A DNA stretch of 64,000 nt from an uncultured Chloroflexia bacterium (GTDB lineage Bacteria > Chloroflexota > Dehalococcoidia > DSTF01 > JACRBR01): positions 2,576,537-2,640,536 of the forward strand of contig OY969567.1 in the NCBI GenBank assembly GCA_963701135.1. Reading direction: 5' to 3'. A program made the position numbers and the translations under genes. The notes below the pieces were generated by a model, which searched no databases, was not told the DNA's origin, and saw only the letters and a list, made by a program, of their open reading frames with translations. Within the stretch, counting starts at the first letter, position 1. The number at the start of each line of letters is the position of its first letter. Below are positions 1-12,405 of the stretch, in pieces.

Positions 1-315
<315 letters not shown>

Positions 316-356
316 ACGCTTCTCGATAGCACTCGACCTTCCGGGAGCGCACCACA

Positions 357-1919
357 GTGGACCAATCCCGGCTCGACGCGATAGTGCGCGCGGCGCGCCT
401 CACTCTGCCGCCGGATGCATCGATCGAAGTCTCGGGCGAAGACCCCGTGCTCGCCGCGCGCTTTCCGGTCGGCGAAGCGGCGGCCGTCGCGCTCGCGGCG
501 TGCGGCGCGGCCGCGGCCAATCTCTGGGCGCAACGCACCGGCGTGCGGCAGACCGCGCGCGTCAACGTGCGTGCGGCCGCGGCGTCGCTCCTCGGCTTCG
601 CGTACGCGGGCGTCGCCGGCAAGGCCATGAGGCGCCCGAACGAGAGCAACCCCTGCGTGGCGCTCTACGAGTGCGGCGATGGCCGCTGGATCCACCTGCA
701 CGGCGGCTTCCCGCACCTCAAGGCCGGGACGCTCGACGTGCTGCGCTGCGATGACGACGCGGCGAGCATCGCGGCGACGGTGCGCGGGTGGCGCGCCGAG
801 GCGCTCGAAGATGCGCTCGCCGGGCGCGGCATGTGCGGCGCGATGGTGCGCACCTCGGAGGAGTGGGCGGCGCACCCGCAGGGACGCGCGCTCTCCGATC
901 TGCCGGCCGTCGAAGTGATCAAGATCGGCGAGAGCGACCCGGAGCCGCTGACGTCGCACCTACGGCCGCTCGCGGGCGTGCGCGTGCTCGACCTCACGCG
1001 CGTGCTCGCCGGGCCGGCGTGCGGCCGCGCGCTCGCCGAGCACGGCGCGGACGTGCTGCGCATCGCCTCCCCGAAGCTGCCGGCGGTCGAGGTGTTCGAC
1101 ATCGAGACCGGCCACGGCAAGCGCTCGGCGTGGGTCGACCTCGACGAGCGCGGCGGGCCGGACGTGCTCCGTTCGCTGCTCGACGGAGCGGACGTGTTCG
1201 TCGATGGATACCGCCGCGGCGCGCTCGCCCGGCGCGGCTTCGGCGTCGATGACGTCGTCGCGCTGCGGCCGGGCATCGTCCACGTCGCGATCAACTGTTA
1301 CGGGCACACGGGTCCGTGGCGCGGCCGGCCGGGCTGGGAGCAGCTCGCGCAGAGCGTGACGGGCATCGCGGCCGCGCAGGGCGCGCCTGGTCCGCCGCGC
1401 CTCGTGCCCGCCGCCGCATGCGACTACACGACGGGGTACCTCGCCGCGTACGGGACGATGATCGCGCTCGCCCGCCGCGCCGAAGAAGGCGGCAGCTGGG
1501 CCGTGCGCGCGTCGCTCTGTCAGACCGCGATGTGGTTCGACAGGCTCGGCGCGACGTGCGATCCCGCGGCGGCGCGCGGCGTCGGCGACCCCGGCGACCT
1601 GCTCATGGAACGCGAGACACCCTTCGGGCCGATGACGCACCTGCGGCCGGCGATCGAATCTGACGGCCACGCCGGCGCGGTGGGAGCGGCCGAGTGCGCC
1701 GCTCGGGTCGCATCCGCCGGAATGGATGGACGCGTAGCGGTTCTCGTCAGCCAGACGGCAGCTCTCGGCCGCTACTCGCCGTCCGAATACGCCGGGGGCA
1801 ACGACTCGACATCGCCTGTGGCCGATGACTGCCGCCGCGCGCGCAGCAGCTCGTTGCGCGCGGCGACGGTGTGCGGGTGCAGCGGCCAGCCGGTGTCCAG
1901 CGCGTACAGCACGTGGTAG
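357..1919 (+). CDS. CoA transferase family III (CaiB/BaiF-like) protein. The 3' end is uncertain and a frameshift near nt 1650-1700 is likely.
   Basis: LAGVRVLDLTRVLAGPACGRALAEHGADVLRI is the family III CoA-transferase N-terminal motif. The last ~80 codons are low-complexity and overlap the convergent HD gene by ~150 nt, so the native stop was probably lost to an indel. Confidence 0.6.
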   Translation: MDQSRLDAIVRAARLTLPPDASIEVSGEDPVLAARFPVGEAAAVALAACGAAAANLWAQRTGVRQTARVNVRAAAASLLGFAYAGVAGKAMRRPNESNPCVALYECGDGRWIHLHGGFPHLKAGTLDVLRCDDDAASIAATVRGWRAEALEDALAGRGMCGAMVRTSEEWAAHPQGRALSDLPAVEVIKIGESDPEPLTSHLRPLAGVRVLDLTRVLAGPACGRALAEHGADVLRIASPKLPAVEVFDIETGHGKRSAWVDLDERGGPDVLRSLLDGADVFVDGYRRGALARRGFGVDDVVALRPGIVHVAINCYGHTGPWRGRPGWEQLAQSVTGIAAAQGAPGPPRLVPAAACDYTTGYLAAYGTMIALARRAEEGGSWAVRASLCQTAMWFDRLGATCDPAAARGVGDPGDLLMERETPFGPMTHLRPAIESDGHAGAVGAAECAARVASAGMDGRVAVLVSQTAALGRYSPSEYAGGNDSTSPVADDCRRARSSSLRAATVCGCSGQPVSSAYSTW

Positions 1920-2407
1920 TCCAGGTACGCGAGCAGCGCCGCATCGAGGTCGCTCTGCGCCAGCTCGATCACGCGGTCGATCGCCGCCGGCGCGAGGTCG
2001 CGCTTGTGGGGCTCGATCTTGTCGGCGACGAACAGCAGCTTCTGCAGCGGCGTCATGCCGGCGTGCGCGGTCGTGTGGTACGCCACCGCGCCCAGCACGT
2101 CGGCATCGAGCACCTTGTACTGCTCGCGCAGGATCGGCACGGCGAGCGGGCCGTGCAGCAACACCGGCTCCATGCGGTCGACGTCGCAGAGCGGGTAGCC
2201 CTGCTCCGCGGCGATGTTGAGCAGCCGCTCGTCGCTGTGCGCGCGCAGCAGGTCGTGGCCGAGCGCGGCGATCTTCGCCGTCTCCCGGTCGATGCCGTGC
2301 ACAGCAGCAAGCCGCGCCGTCTCCTCGAGGACGCGCACGACGTGCTCGGCGAGCCCGGCGGGCACTTTGAGCAGGGCGGCGCGCAGCAGTTCTTCGGTGT
2401 CGTTCAT
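1772..2407 (-). CDS. HD-domain hydrolase, YqeK-like (putative bis(5'-nucleosyl)-tetraphosphatase)
   Basis: Internal Met start MNDTEELLRAALLKVP. Motifs AALGHDLLRAH and YHTTAHAGMTPLQKLLFVADKIEP are typical of the YqeK HD family. It overlaps the upstream gene by 4 nt (ATGA). Confidence 0.7.
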   Translation of the reverse strand: MNDTEELLRAALLKVPAGLAEHVVRVLEETARLAAVHGIDRETAKIAALGHDLLRAHSDERLLNIAAEQGYPLCDVDRMEPVLLHGPLAVPILREQYKVLDADVLGAVAYHTTAHAGMTPLQKLLFVADKIEPHKRDLAPAAIDRVIELAQSDLDAALLAYLDYHVLYALDTGWPLHPHTVAARNELLRARRQSSATGDVESLPPAYSDGE

Positions 2408-2889
2408 CGCAGGCTCTTCGGAAATCGCTTGACGAAGTCCAACACGCGCCAGGACCGCACCGCCACGCGGATCCGGCGCTGCGTTTTGACGCGCGTGCGC
2501 ATCGGCGCGAGATAGGCGTCGGCGGCGGCGCCCAGGTAACGTTCGACGATCGCCGGGTACTCCGGCGCCATGCCCTCGGTCGGCTCGACGGTCGCGTCGC
2601 CATCGACCAGCAGCACGTGGTACGGCGGCTTGCTGGAATCGATCGTGATCGCCACGGCCGGGTTGGCTTCGAGCGCGCGCACCTTGTCGGCCTTCGGGCC
2701 CGTCACCATCACGATGTCGCCATCGATGTACGCGCACCAGATCGGCACGACGTGCGGCCTGCCGTTGACGCCGACGTACGCGAGCCGCGCCAGATTCGGC
2801 CCGCTGAGCAACTCAGCGACGATCGGGTCATCGAGCGGCAGTTCGGGCAAGACGGCTCCCTTTCGGCCCGCGTGATCGTGCGGATCCAT
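2404..2889 (-). CDS. Pyridoxamine 5'-phosphate oxidase family (PPOX-class) flavin/deazaflavin-binding protein
   Basis: Start taken at MDPHDHAGRKGAVLPELPLDD. The ORF extension upstream of this Met runs into the 33-bp tandem repeat and is treated as spurious. Confidence 0.6.
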   Translation of the reverse strand: MDPHDHAGRKGAVLPELPLDDPIVAELLSGPNLARLAYVGVNGRPHVVPIWCAYIDGDIVMVTGPKADKVRALEANPAVAITIDSSKPPYHVLLVDGDATVEPTEGMAPEYPAIVERYLGAAADAYLAPMRTRVKTQRRIRVAVRSWRVLDFVKRFPKSLR

Positions 2890-2957
2890 GGCTACGATAC
2901 GAGGGCTGGCGGAAACAGACAACAGAGAGCAGCGCGCAGAAGCAGAGAGCAGGCCGT

Positions 2958-3060
2958 CCACGGGTAGGGGCGGAGCCATGCCTCCGCCCTGGTCGAGTAG
3001 GGGCGGAGCCATGCCTCCCCCGTGGTCGAGTAGGGGCGGAGCTATGCCTCGTCGCTCGAC
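2958..3060. repeat. Three tandem copies of a 33-bp unit (GTCGAGTAGGGGCGGAGCCATGCCTCCGCCCTG), each with an internal 7-bp hairpin (GGCGGAG/CTCCGCC). A fourth copy lies at 6497-6530.
   Basis: Direct reading of the sequence. The units are contiguous, with no spacers. Confidence 0.8.
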
Positions 3061-3093
3061 TCACAACTGTGAACTGTGAACTGACAACTCCCC

Positions 3094-4122
3094 CTACGGC
3101 AACAACCGCAACGGCTCGCCTTCGTCGAGCGGCACGGGGACGACATCGGGGTCCAGCGGCCGCGCGAGGCGGTCGCCGAGGCGCGCCGCGCTCCGGTCCA
3201 GCTCGTCGTACTTCGCGTGGGCGTGGGCGATGTGGCCTCCGAGCGTATCGAAGTCCTTGCGGAAGCGCGCGAAGTCGTCGTTCAGCCGTTCCAGGTGGGC
3301 GACGATCTCGCGCGCGCGCTCTTCGACCCGCAACCCCTTGAGGCCGAGCACGAGCGCCTGCAGGTAGGCGAAGAAGCTGTTGGGCGAGCAGACGATGACC
3401 CGCTTTGCCTGCGCGTACGCCTGCAGGTCGGCGCTGTCGTCGCGGATCATCGACTCGTAGTACACGTTCTCCGCGGGGACGTACATGAGCGCGAAGCCGA
3501 ACGTGCCCTCGTCGGGCAGGATGTACTTGGCGACGGCGTCGATGTGGCCGCGCACGTCGCGCGCGAAGTCGCGGCGGGCGACCGCGCGGACGGCGTCATC
3601 CGCGGCGTCGATGATCCGCCGGAACGCGGCGTCCGGGAACTTCGCATCGACGGGTACGAGGCCGCCGCCGATCTGGATCACCGCATCGACGATGCGCCCG
3701 TCCTTGAAGCGGTGCTGGAGCGCGAAGTGCCCGGACGGGAGTATGTCTTCGAGCAGGCGCTCGAGCAGCAGCTCGCCGAACTGGCCGCGCGGCTTCGGCG
3801 CGCGCAGCATCTGCTGCAGCCCGGAGATGTCGCGCCCGACTTCGAGCATCTGGCGCGTCGATGCCGACAGCTCGCCGAGCTGCTGATCGACGGCGCGCAT
3901 CGTGTCGTGCGTGGACGTGAGCGACGAGGTCAGCGAGCGCTGCACGCCATCGACGCCCGCTGTGAGGCGCGCGTCGAGCGCCTGCACCTGCGCCTGCATC
4001 GACTGTTGCATCACCGCGAGCTGCTGCTGGAGCTGCGCGTTCGCCAGCCGGCTTTCGCGCCAGGCGAAGAGCACGGCGCCGGCAACGGCGACCGCGGCGA
4101 GAATGGCGAGCGTGACGATCAT
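3094..4122 (-). CDS. rmuC: DNA recombination protein RmuC
   Basis: N-terminal TM segment, Gln-rich coiled coil, and conserved RmuC core (VPVDAKFP...YILPDEGTFGFALMYVPAENVYYE...VIVCSPNSFFAYLQAL). Confidence 0.8.
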   Translation of the reverse strand: MIVTLAILAAVAVAGAVLFAWRESRLANAQLQQQLAVMQQSMQAQVQALDARLTAGVDGVQRSLTSSLTSTHDTMRAVDQQLGELSASTRQMLEVGRDISGLQQMLRAPKPRGQFGELLLERLLEDILPSGHFALQHRFKDGRIVDAVIQIGGGLVPVDAKFPDAAFRRIIDAADDAVRAVARRDFARDVRGHIDAVAKYILPDEGTFGFALMYVPAENVYYESMIRDDSADLQAYAQAKRVIVCSPNSFFAYLQALVLGLKGLRVEERAREIVAHLERLNDDFARFRKDFDTLGGHIAHAHAKYDELDRSAARLGDRLARPLDPDVVPVPLDEGEPLRLLP

Positions 4123-4178
4123 GGGCCTCTCCTGGCGGCCCGTACCCGCGGACAGGGTAGCAGGCCGGAGGCCAGGGG

Positions 4179-4805
4179 CTACGTGAGATCCTTGACCATG
4201 AGCACGCGGCCGGGGATGCCGGTGATGCGTTCGAACGCCGCGTCAGTCTTCGTCTCGACGACGCGGTAGCCGTGGCGCTCGTACAGGTGCTGAGCCGGAT
4301 TGGTGATCGCGGTGGTGAGCGACATCTGCTTGTGGCCGGCGGCGCGCGCCGCTTCCTCGGCGTGGCGCAACAGCACGCCGCCGATGCCGCGGTTGCGGTA
4401 CCGCTCGTCGACGTCGATCTCTGCGATGTAGTACGAGCCCGGCACGGGCGGACAGTTGACCCGGCCGCGGGCACGGAGCGCGGCGGGCAGCCACAGCGTC
4501 TGCCGTGGGCCAAGGAGCCGGATGGCCCGCGGGATGAGACGGAGCACCGTCAGCGGCGCGATCTTGCGGTGGTGCTCGGCGCCGTACGCTTCGAGCACGC
4601 CGACGATCTGGCCGTCGAGCATCGCCAGCGTGGTCTGCGAGATGTCGATGCCCAGGCCGTGGCGCGCCAGGACGTTGCCGACGGCTACCGCGCGCCGGGC
4701 GTCGCCGGCCATGCCGATCGATTCGCGGCTCGGAGGCTCGTTGACGATGCTCCAGGCGCGCTCGAAGTCCTGGGGCGCCGCCGGCCGGGTGGTCAGGCCT
4801 TCCAC
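4179..4805 (-). CDS. GNAT family N-acetyltransferase
   Basis: GNAT motif A (YRNRGIGGVLLRHAEEAARAAG) and overall length. Confidence 0.7.
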   Translation of the reverse strand: MEGLTTRPAAPQDFERAWSIVNEPPSRESIGMAGDARRAVAVGNVLARHGLGIDISQTTLAMLDGQIVGVLEAYGAEHHRKIAPLTVLRLIPRAIRLLGPRQTLWLPAALRARGRVNCPPVPGSYYIAEIDVDERYRNRGIGGVLLRHAEEAARAAGHKQMSLTTAITNPAQHLYERHGYRVVETKTDAAFERITGIPGRVLMVKDLT

Positions 4806-4986
4806 GCGCTCGCTCCTCTGCTGCTAGACCAGCATCTCACGCCGTGCGCGGGCATGACAACCGTCCTCGGCTTGCGAATGTCGCAGCCGTGAGTGTGCCG
4901 CGGCAGCCCGCCGCGGGTGCCGCCCGCGCGGCGCACACGCCTATACTGCCGTCGCGACCAGATCGCGACCGAGGAGGCGCGCCGGC

Positions 4987-6438
4987 ATGAGACACCCGAT
5001 CCGGCTCGAAGGCATCGTCACGCCCGCAAACGCGGAGGCGCAGTACCACTACCTGCCGTTCGTCGTGCCGGAAGGCGCGCGCCGGCTCGAGGTCAGCTAC
5101 TTCTACGACAACCAGGTCACCGGCGCGCAGGAGACGCACGACGGCAACAACGTTGACATCGGTGTGTTCGACGCGCGCGGCGCGGACTTCCTGACTGGCG
5201 GCTTCCGCGGCTGGAGCGGCGGCGCCCGCAGCGGCTTCTTCATCGCGCCGGACGCCGCGACGCCGGGCTACATCCGCGGCCCGCTGCAGCCGGGCGAATG
5301 GAACATCATGTTCGGCTGTTCGAAGATCGACGACCCCGTCGTGCGCTACCGCGTGAACGTCGACGTCGACATTGACCCGGCCGCGACCGAGGAGCCGGCG
5401 GCGAATGCCGAGGTGCGCGTGCCGGGCATGCCGGCGGCCGAGGTGGTGGCCGGTGGGTCGAATGGCGGCGGCGGGCGCTGGTATCGCGGCGACCTGCACG
5501 CGCACAGCGAGCATTCCGACGGCAAGAACACCGTCGAAGAGATCGTCATGTACACGCGGCGCGTCGGGCTCGACTACTTCGCGCTGACCGACCACAACAC
5601 GATCAGCCACTGGGACGAGCTGGCGCGCCTCAACGACCGTGCGCCGCTCCTCATCGCCGGCGAAGAGATCACGATGTACGGCGGCCATGCCAACGTCTGG
5701 GGTCTCGATGGCTGGATCGACTTCCGCGGCAGCGACGGCGACCGCGTGCAGCGGCTCGTCGAGAACGCGAACGCGCGCGGTTCGATGTTCTCGATTAATC
5801 ATCCGGACTCGCCGATCCCGTGGAAGCACGACGACGTGCGCGGCTACCAGGCCGTCGAGGTGTGGAACGCACCCTGGCGCTGGTTCAACGAGCCCGCGCT
5901 GCTGCGATGGGAAGGCCACCTCAACCGCGGCGAGCGCATGGTGGCCGTCGGCGGCAGCGATTCGCACTGCGTGCCGCCCGCGGTGATGACGCAGCCGAAC
6001 GGGCCGGGCGAGCCGTGCACGTGGGTGTACGTCGAAGGCCCGCTGACGCAGCGCGCCGTGCTCGATGCGGTGGAGCGCGGCCATGTCTTCATCTCCGAAG
6101 CGCCGAACGGCCCGTTCATCGAGCTGCGCGCCGACGCCGACGCCGACGGCGTGTTCGAGGCCATGCACGGCGACCGCATCGACGCCGCGCCGGACGCGCT
6201 CGTGCGGTTCCGCGTGAAGTATCGCGGGCCCGACGGCAAGCACCTGCGCTTCTTCGGCAAGCGCGGCCTCGTGAAGGAGATCACGCCCGCGGTCGAAGAG
6301 TTCGACGATGAGTTCGATCTGCGGCTGGAAGGCGACGATTACCTGCGCGTCGAAGTACGCGGCTTCCGCGGCCGCCCCGAGCGCGGCGAAGTCGTCCACG
6401 CCATGACGAACCCCGTGTACTGGGGCGCGTGGCGCTGA
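4987..6438 (+). CDS. PHP-domain metallohydrolase (CehA/McbA-like)
   Basis: GDLHAHSEHSDG and TDHNT motifs of the PHP/polymerase-histidinol-phosphatase fold. 483 aa. Confidence 0.7.
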   Translation: MRHPIRLEGIVTPANAEAQYHYLPFVVPEGARRLEVSYFYDNQVTGAQETHDGNNVDIGVFDARGADFLTGGFRGWSGGARSGFFIAPDAATPGYIRGPLQPGEWNIMFGCSKIDDPVVRYRVNVDVDIDPAATEEPAANAEVRVPGMPAAEVVAGGSNGGGGRWYRGDLHAHSEHSDGKNTVEEIVMYTRRVGLDYFALTDHNTISHWDELARLNDRAPLLIAGEEITMYGGHANVWGLDGWIDFRGSDGDRVQRLVENANARGSMFSINHPDSPIPWKHDDVRGYQAVEVWNAPWRWFNEPALLRWEGHLNRGERMVAVGGSDSHCVPPAVMTQPNGPGEPCTWVYVEGPLTQRAVLDAVERGHVFISEAPNGPFIELRADADADGVFEAMHGDRIDAAPDALVRFRVKYRGPDGKHLRFFGKRGLVKEITPAVEEFDDEFDLRLEGDDYLRVEVRGFRGRPERGEVVHAMTNPVYWGAWR

Positions 6439-6567
6439 CGCTGCTGGCGCAGTACAGACAACAGACAACAGACAACAGACAACAGAGCGTCGCCGACGAG
6501 TAGGGGCGGAGCCATGCCTCCGCCCTCGCCGCGAGGCGCTGTCCGCATCCCTTTGCGGGCTGCCCGC

Positions 6568-7407
6568 TTACTCTCGGCGGGCGGCGACCGGCGTGAGGGC
6601 GAGGCCGGCGGCTGGGGCGATCGCCTCGTTCATGCTGCCGCTGCGGAAGCCCGCGAGGTCCATGGTGACGTACTTGTAGCCCAGGTTCTTGAGCCGCGTC
6701 ACGATCCGGTCGCGATGCTCGATCACGGCCGCCAGGTCGCCCGGCTCGACCTCGATGCGGGCGACGTCGCCGTGATGGCGGACGCGTAGCTGCCGGAAGC
6801 CCAGCCCGCGCAGGAACGCCTCGGCCGCGCCGACCTGGTCCAGCGCCTCCACCGTAACCGGCGTGCCATAAGGGATGCGCGACGACAGGCACGCCATCGC
6901 CGGCTTGTCCCAGGTCGGCAGCCCGCGCTCGCGCGACAGCTCCCGGATCTCCGCCTTGCCCAGCCCGGCTTCGATCAGCGGGCTGCGCACCCGATGCTCG
7001 GCGGCGGCGACGCGGCCCGGGCGGTGGTCGCCCAGGTCGTCCATGTTGCAGCCATCGGCCACGAACGCGATGCCGTCTCGAACGGCCATCTCTTCGAGCA
7101 GGGTGTAGAGCTCGGTCTTGCAGTGGTAGCAGCGCTGTGGCGAGTTCTCGACATAACCGGGCCGGTCCATCTCCGACGTGTCCAACAGCACGTGGCGGAT
7201 GCCGATCTGACGCGCCAGCTCCTGCGCCTCTTCGACCTCTGACCGCGGGATCGACGGCGAGACGCCGGTGACGGCGAGCGCTCGCTCGCCAAGGACGTCG
7301 GCGGCCACGGCGGCCACGAACGTGCTATCGACGCCCGCGGAGAAGGCGACGACCACGGATTCCATGCCGGCGAGGATGCGACGGAGTTCTTCCAGCTTCG
7401 ATTCCAT
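6568..7407 (-). CDS. PP-loop ATP pyrophosphatase, LarE-like (TIGR00268 family)
   Basis: VVAFSAGVDSTFVA PP-loop, CYHCK cysteine motif, 279 aa. Confidence 0.7.
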   Translation of the reverse strand: MESKLEELRRILAGMESVVVAFSAGVDSTFVAAVAADVLGERALAVTGVSPSIPRSEVEEAQELARQIGIRHVLLDTSEMDRPGYVENSPQRCYHCKTELYTLLEEMAVRDGIAFVADGCNMDDLGDHRPGRVAAAEHRVRSPLIEAGLGKAEIRELSRERGLPTWDKPAMACLSSRIPYGTPVTVEALDQVGAAEAFLRGLGFRQLRVRHHGDVARIEVEPGDLAAVIEHRDRIVTRLKNLGYKYVTMDLAGFRSGSMNEAIAPAAGLALTPVAARRE

Positions 7408-7538
7408 GCCGTGGAACTATAGCACCGGGCCCTTAGGGGAATCTATGAATGTCCGTCAGATCACCTGTGAACCTACATCTTGCGAGCAAACAGGCCGATA
7501 CAAAGAGAGGGTCATGGCGCCGGGCAGAGAGAGGTTTG

Positions 7539-9394
7539 ATGAGCAGGGAATCCAGCTCAGACATTTACCTGCGGTTCGCAGCCGCCAGCTTCGTCGCGAT
7601 CGTCCTGATCGTCGGCGGGTTCGGCTTCATTGGCTCCCAGCTCGTCCGCAGGTCGAACGAGCACTCCGCGGCCGAAACCGCCGCCGCCATCGCGAGCGCC
7701 CCGCTGCTCCCGCTGTTCGAGCCGCTCGCCCCCGGTGAGCCGGTGTCCGCCTCGACCCGGTCGCGGGCGGAGGATGCGCTACGGCCGCTGATCGCGGGCG
7801 ACGTGCGGGCGGTGCGCGTCTGGGGGCAGGCGGCGGAGCCCGTCCTCTCGCTTGGTACGGGAGCGCCGGCGCAGGGACCCTCGCAACCGCCATGGGGCCC
7901 GGCATGGACGCGCTCGACGGCTCCGGACGGCAGCGACATCTTCGTCACGTTTGCCCGCGCCGGCGCGTACACGATCGAAGTCGACCAGTCGTCGGCCGCG
8001 GTCAACCGCGCCATCTCCAAGGCGAACCGGGAAATGATCTCCCTGCTGGCGCTGTTCGCGCTGGCGTGCTTCGTGCTCGTGCAGCTCACGTTCTGGTTCG
8101 GCGTGCGGCGGTTCGCGGCGGGCCACCGGCGGCTGCTCCACCTGTACACACGCGGCGACGAGATCCGCTCGTCGCTGGACCTGCACGAAGTCGTCACGCA
8201 CGTGTCGCGCGACGCCACGCTGCTCGCGCGCGGGAGCCACGGCCTCGTCGCGCTGTACGACGAGAACACCGGCGACATGATGCTCCGCGCGACGTACGAG
8301 CAGGCGACGGGCGCGATCTCGCATCACCAGCGCGCGGTCGAGGAGTGGTTCCTGCGCCGCTGCGTCGCTACGAACACTACGGTGGTGACGTCGCAGCCGG
8401 CCAGCGCGTACCGCCAGTTCTTCCCGGAGGTGGACGGCGCCGGGCAGATGTCCGTCGCTGTGCGTGCCCGTTGCGCTGCGTGAGCGCGTCGTCGCCGTCG
8501 TCGGTGTGATCCGGGCCGGATCGGGACGGCGGGGCGGCTTCACCGACACCGAGGTGCAGGGTGTCGAGGAGCTGGCGGGGCAGGCGCGTCACGGCCGTCG
8601 AGCAGGCGCTGCTCTTCGCGAAGGTGCGGTCGTACGCGGACGAGATCGAGCTGAGCTACGACGCCACGCTGAAGGCGCTCATGGCGGCGCTCGACGCGAA
8701 GGACGAGGTGACTGAGGGCCACTGCGAGCGCGTCGCGCGGATCACGCTGCACCTGGCGCGGCAAATGGGCATACCGGAACCGCAGCTCGTCGACATCGAG
8801 CGCGGCGCGCTGCTGCACGACGTCGGCAAGATCGGCGTGCCGGATGCGGTGCTCAAGAAGCCGAAAGCGCTGAACGACGGCGAGTGGGAGGCGATGCGGA
8901 AGCACCCGCTGCTCGCCGGGCTGATGGTGTCGAAGATCGGCTTCCTGGAAGGCGCGCTGCCCATCCTGCTGTACCACCACGAGCGGTACGACGGCGGCGG
9001 CTATCCGTTCGGCCTCACCGCCGACAAGATCCCGCTCGAAGCGCGCATCTTCTCCATCGTCGATGCCTACGACGCGATGACGTCCGACCGGCCATACCGC
9101 GCGGCGATGAGCCACGACGACGCGATGGCGGAACTCGCGGCGAACAGCGGCACGCAGTTCGACCCGGATGTCGTGGATGCGTTCGAACGGCTGATGGAAG
9201 CGCGCGCCGGATCTGCGCCACGACGCCCCGCACCGCTTCCCCGCCGGCCACGACGACCACGACCAGGATCTGGCGTCTGCGTGCGGAAGACGCGGCGTGA
9301 GGAAGTCGGTCGGTCTTTCAGGATGTCAGTTCGTCAGGGCGGTGGGCGTTCGCTACGAACTGCCGACAGACCGACAGACCGACTGACCGACTGA
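7539..9394 (+). CDS. Membrane-anchored GAF/HD-GYP signalling phosphodiesterase, with a frameshift near nt 8480-8560
   Basis: Two TM segments and a GAF-like region in the 7449-8483 frame. The HD-GYP domain (HCERVARITL...LLHDVGKIGVPD...HHERYDGGGYP) continues in the 8561-9394 frame. Start taken at the internal Met MSRESSSDIY. Confidence 0.65.
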
Positions 9395-9430
9395 CCGACT
9401 GACCGACTGACCGACTGACTGACCGACAGA

Positions 9431-11656
<2,226 letters not shown>

Positions 11657-11664
11657 CTGCCGGC

Positions 11665-12281
11665 ATGGCGCCGAACGTCGTCATCGTCGATTACGGGGCG
11701 GGGAACCTGCGTAGCGTGGCGCGCGCCGTCGCGCACGTCGGCCACGAGCCGCAGCGTGACCGCCGACCCGTACGACGTCGACGACGGCCGACGCGCTGAT
11801 CCTGCCGGGCGTCGGCGCGGCCGCCGACACCATGCGCAACCTGCGCGAGCACAAGATGGTCGAGCCGGTACGCGAGTACATCGCGTCGGGGCGGCCGTTC
11901 TTCGGCGTGTGCATGGGGCAGCAGGCGCTGCTGTCGGTGAGCGAGGAGGGCGGCGAGCACGAATGCCTCGACGTCATCCCCGGGCGGGTGAAGAAGCTGC
12001 CGGGCGGGCAGAAGGTGCCGCACATGGGCTGGAACCAGGTCCGCCAGCGCTCGCCGCACCCGATCTTCGACGGGATCCCGGACGAGAGCTACTTCTACTT
12101 CGTCCACAGCTACTACCCCGAGCCGGCCGACGAGTCCGTCGTCATCGGCGAGACGGACTACGGCGTGACGTTCGCGTCGGTGCTGGCGCGCGACAACATC
12201 GTCGCCACGCAGTTCCACCCGGAGAAGTCCGGCGAGATGGGGCTGCGCATGTACCGGAACTTCCTGGCGCAGCTCGCGTAA
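11665..12281 (+). CDS. hisH: Imidazole glycerol phosphate synthase glutamine amidotransferase subunit HisH, with frameshifts near nt 11750-11800
   Basis: N-terminus MAPNVVIVDYGAGNLRSVARAVAHVGHEP. C-terminal part GVCMGQQAL...VPHMGWNQV...FYFVHSYY...TQFHPEKS. Confidence 0.7.
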
Positions 12282-12405
12282 CGCGCTGCGCAGAACCCAA
12301 AACCGAGGAGAGAACCAGGAAGCCTGGAACCTAATTCGGCACCGGCGTTGCCGCGCGGTATGCGACCAGGTTCTAGGTTCCAGGTTCTTGGTTCTACAGG
12401 AGCGC

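Noticed and set aside
2958-3060. Possible CRISPR array (33-bp repeats with internal hairpin)
   Set aside because: The repeats are directly contiguous with no spacers between them. This is a tandem repeat, not a repeat-spacer array. No cas genes are nearby.
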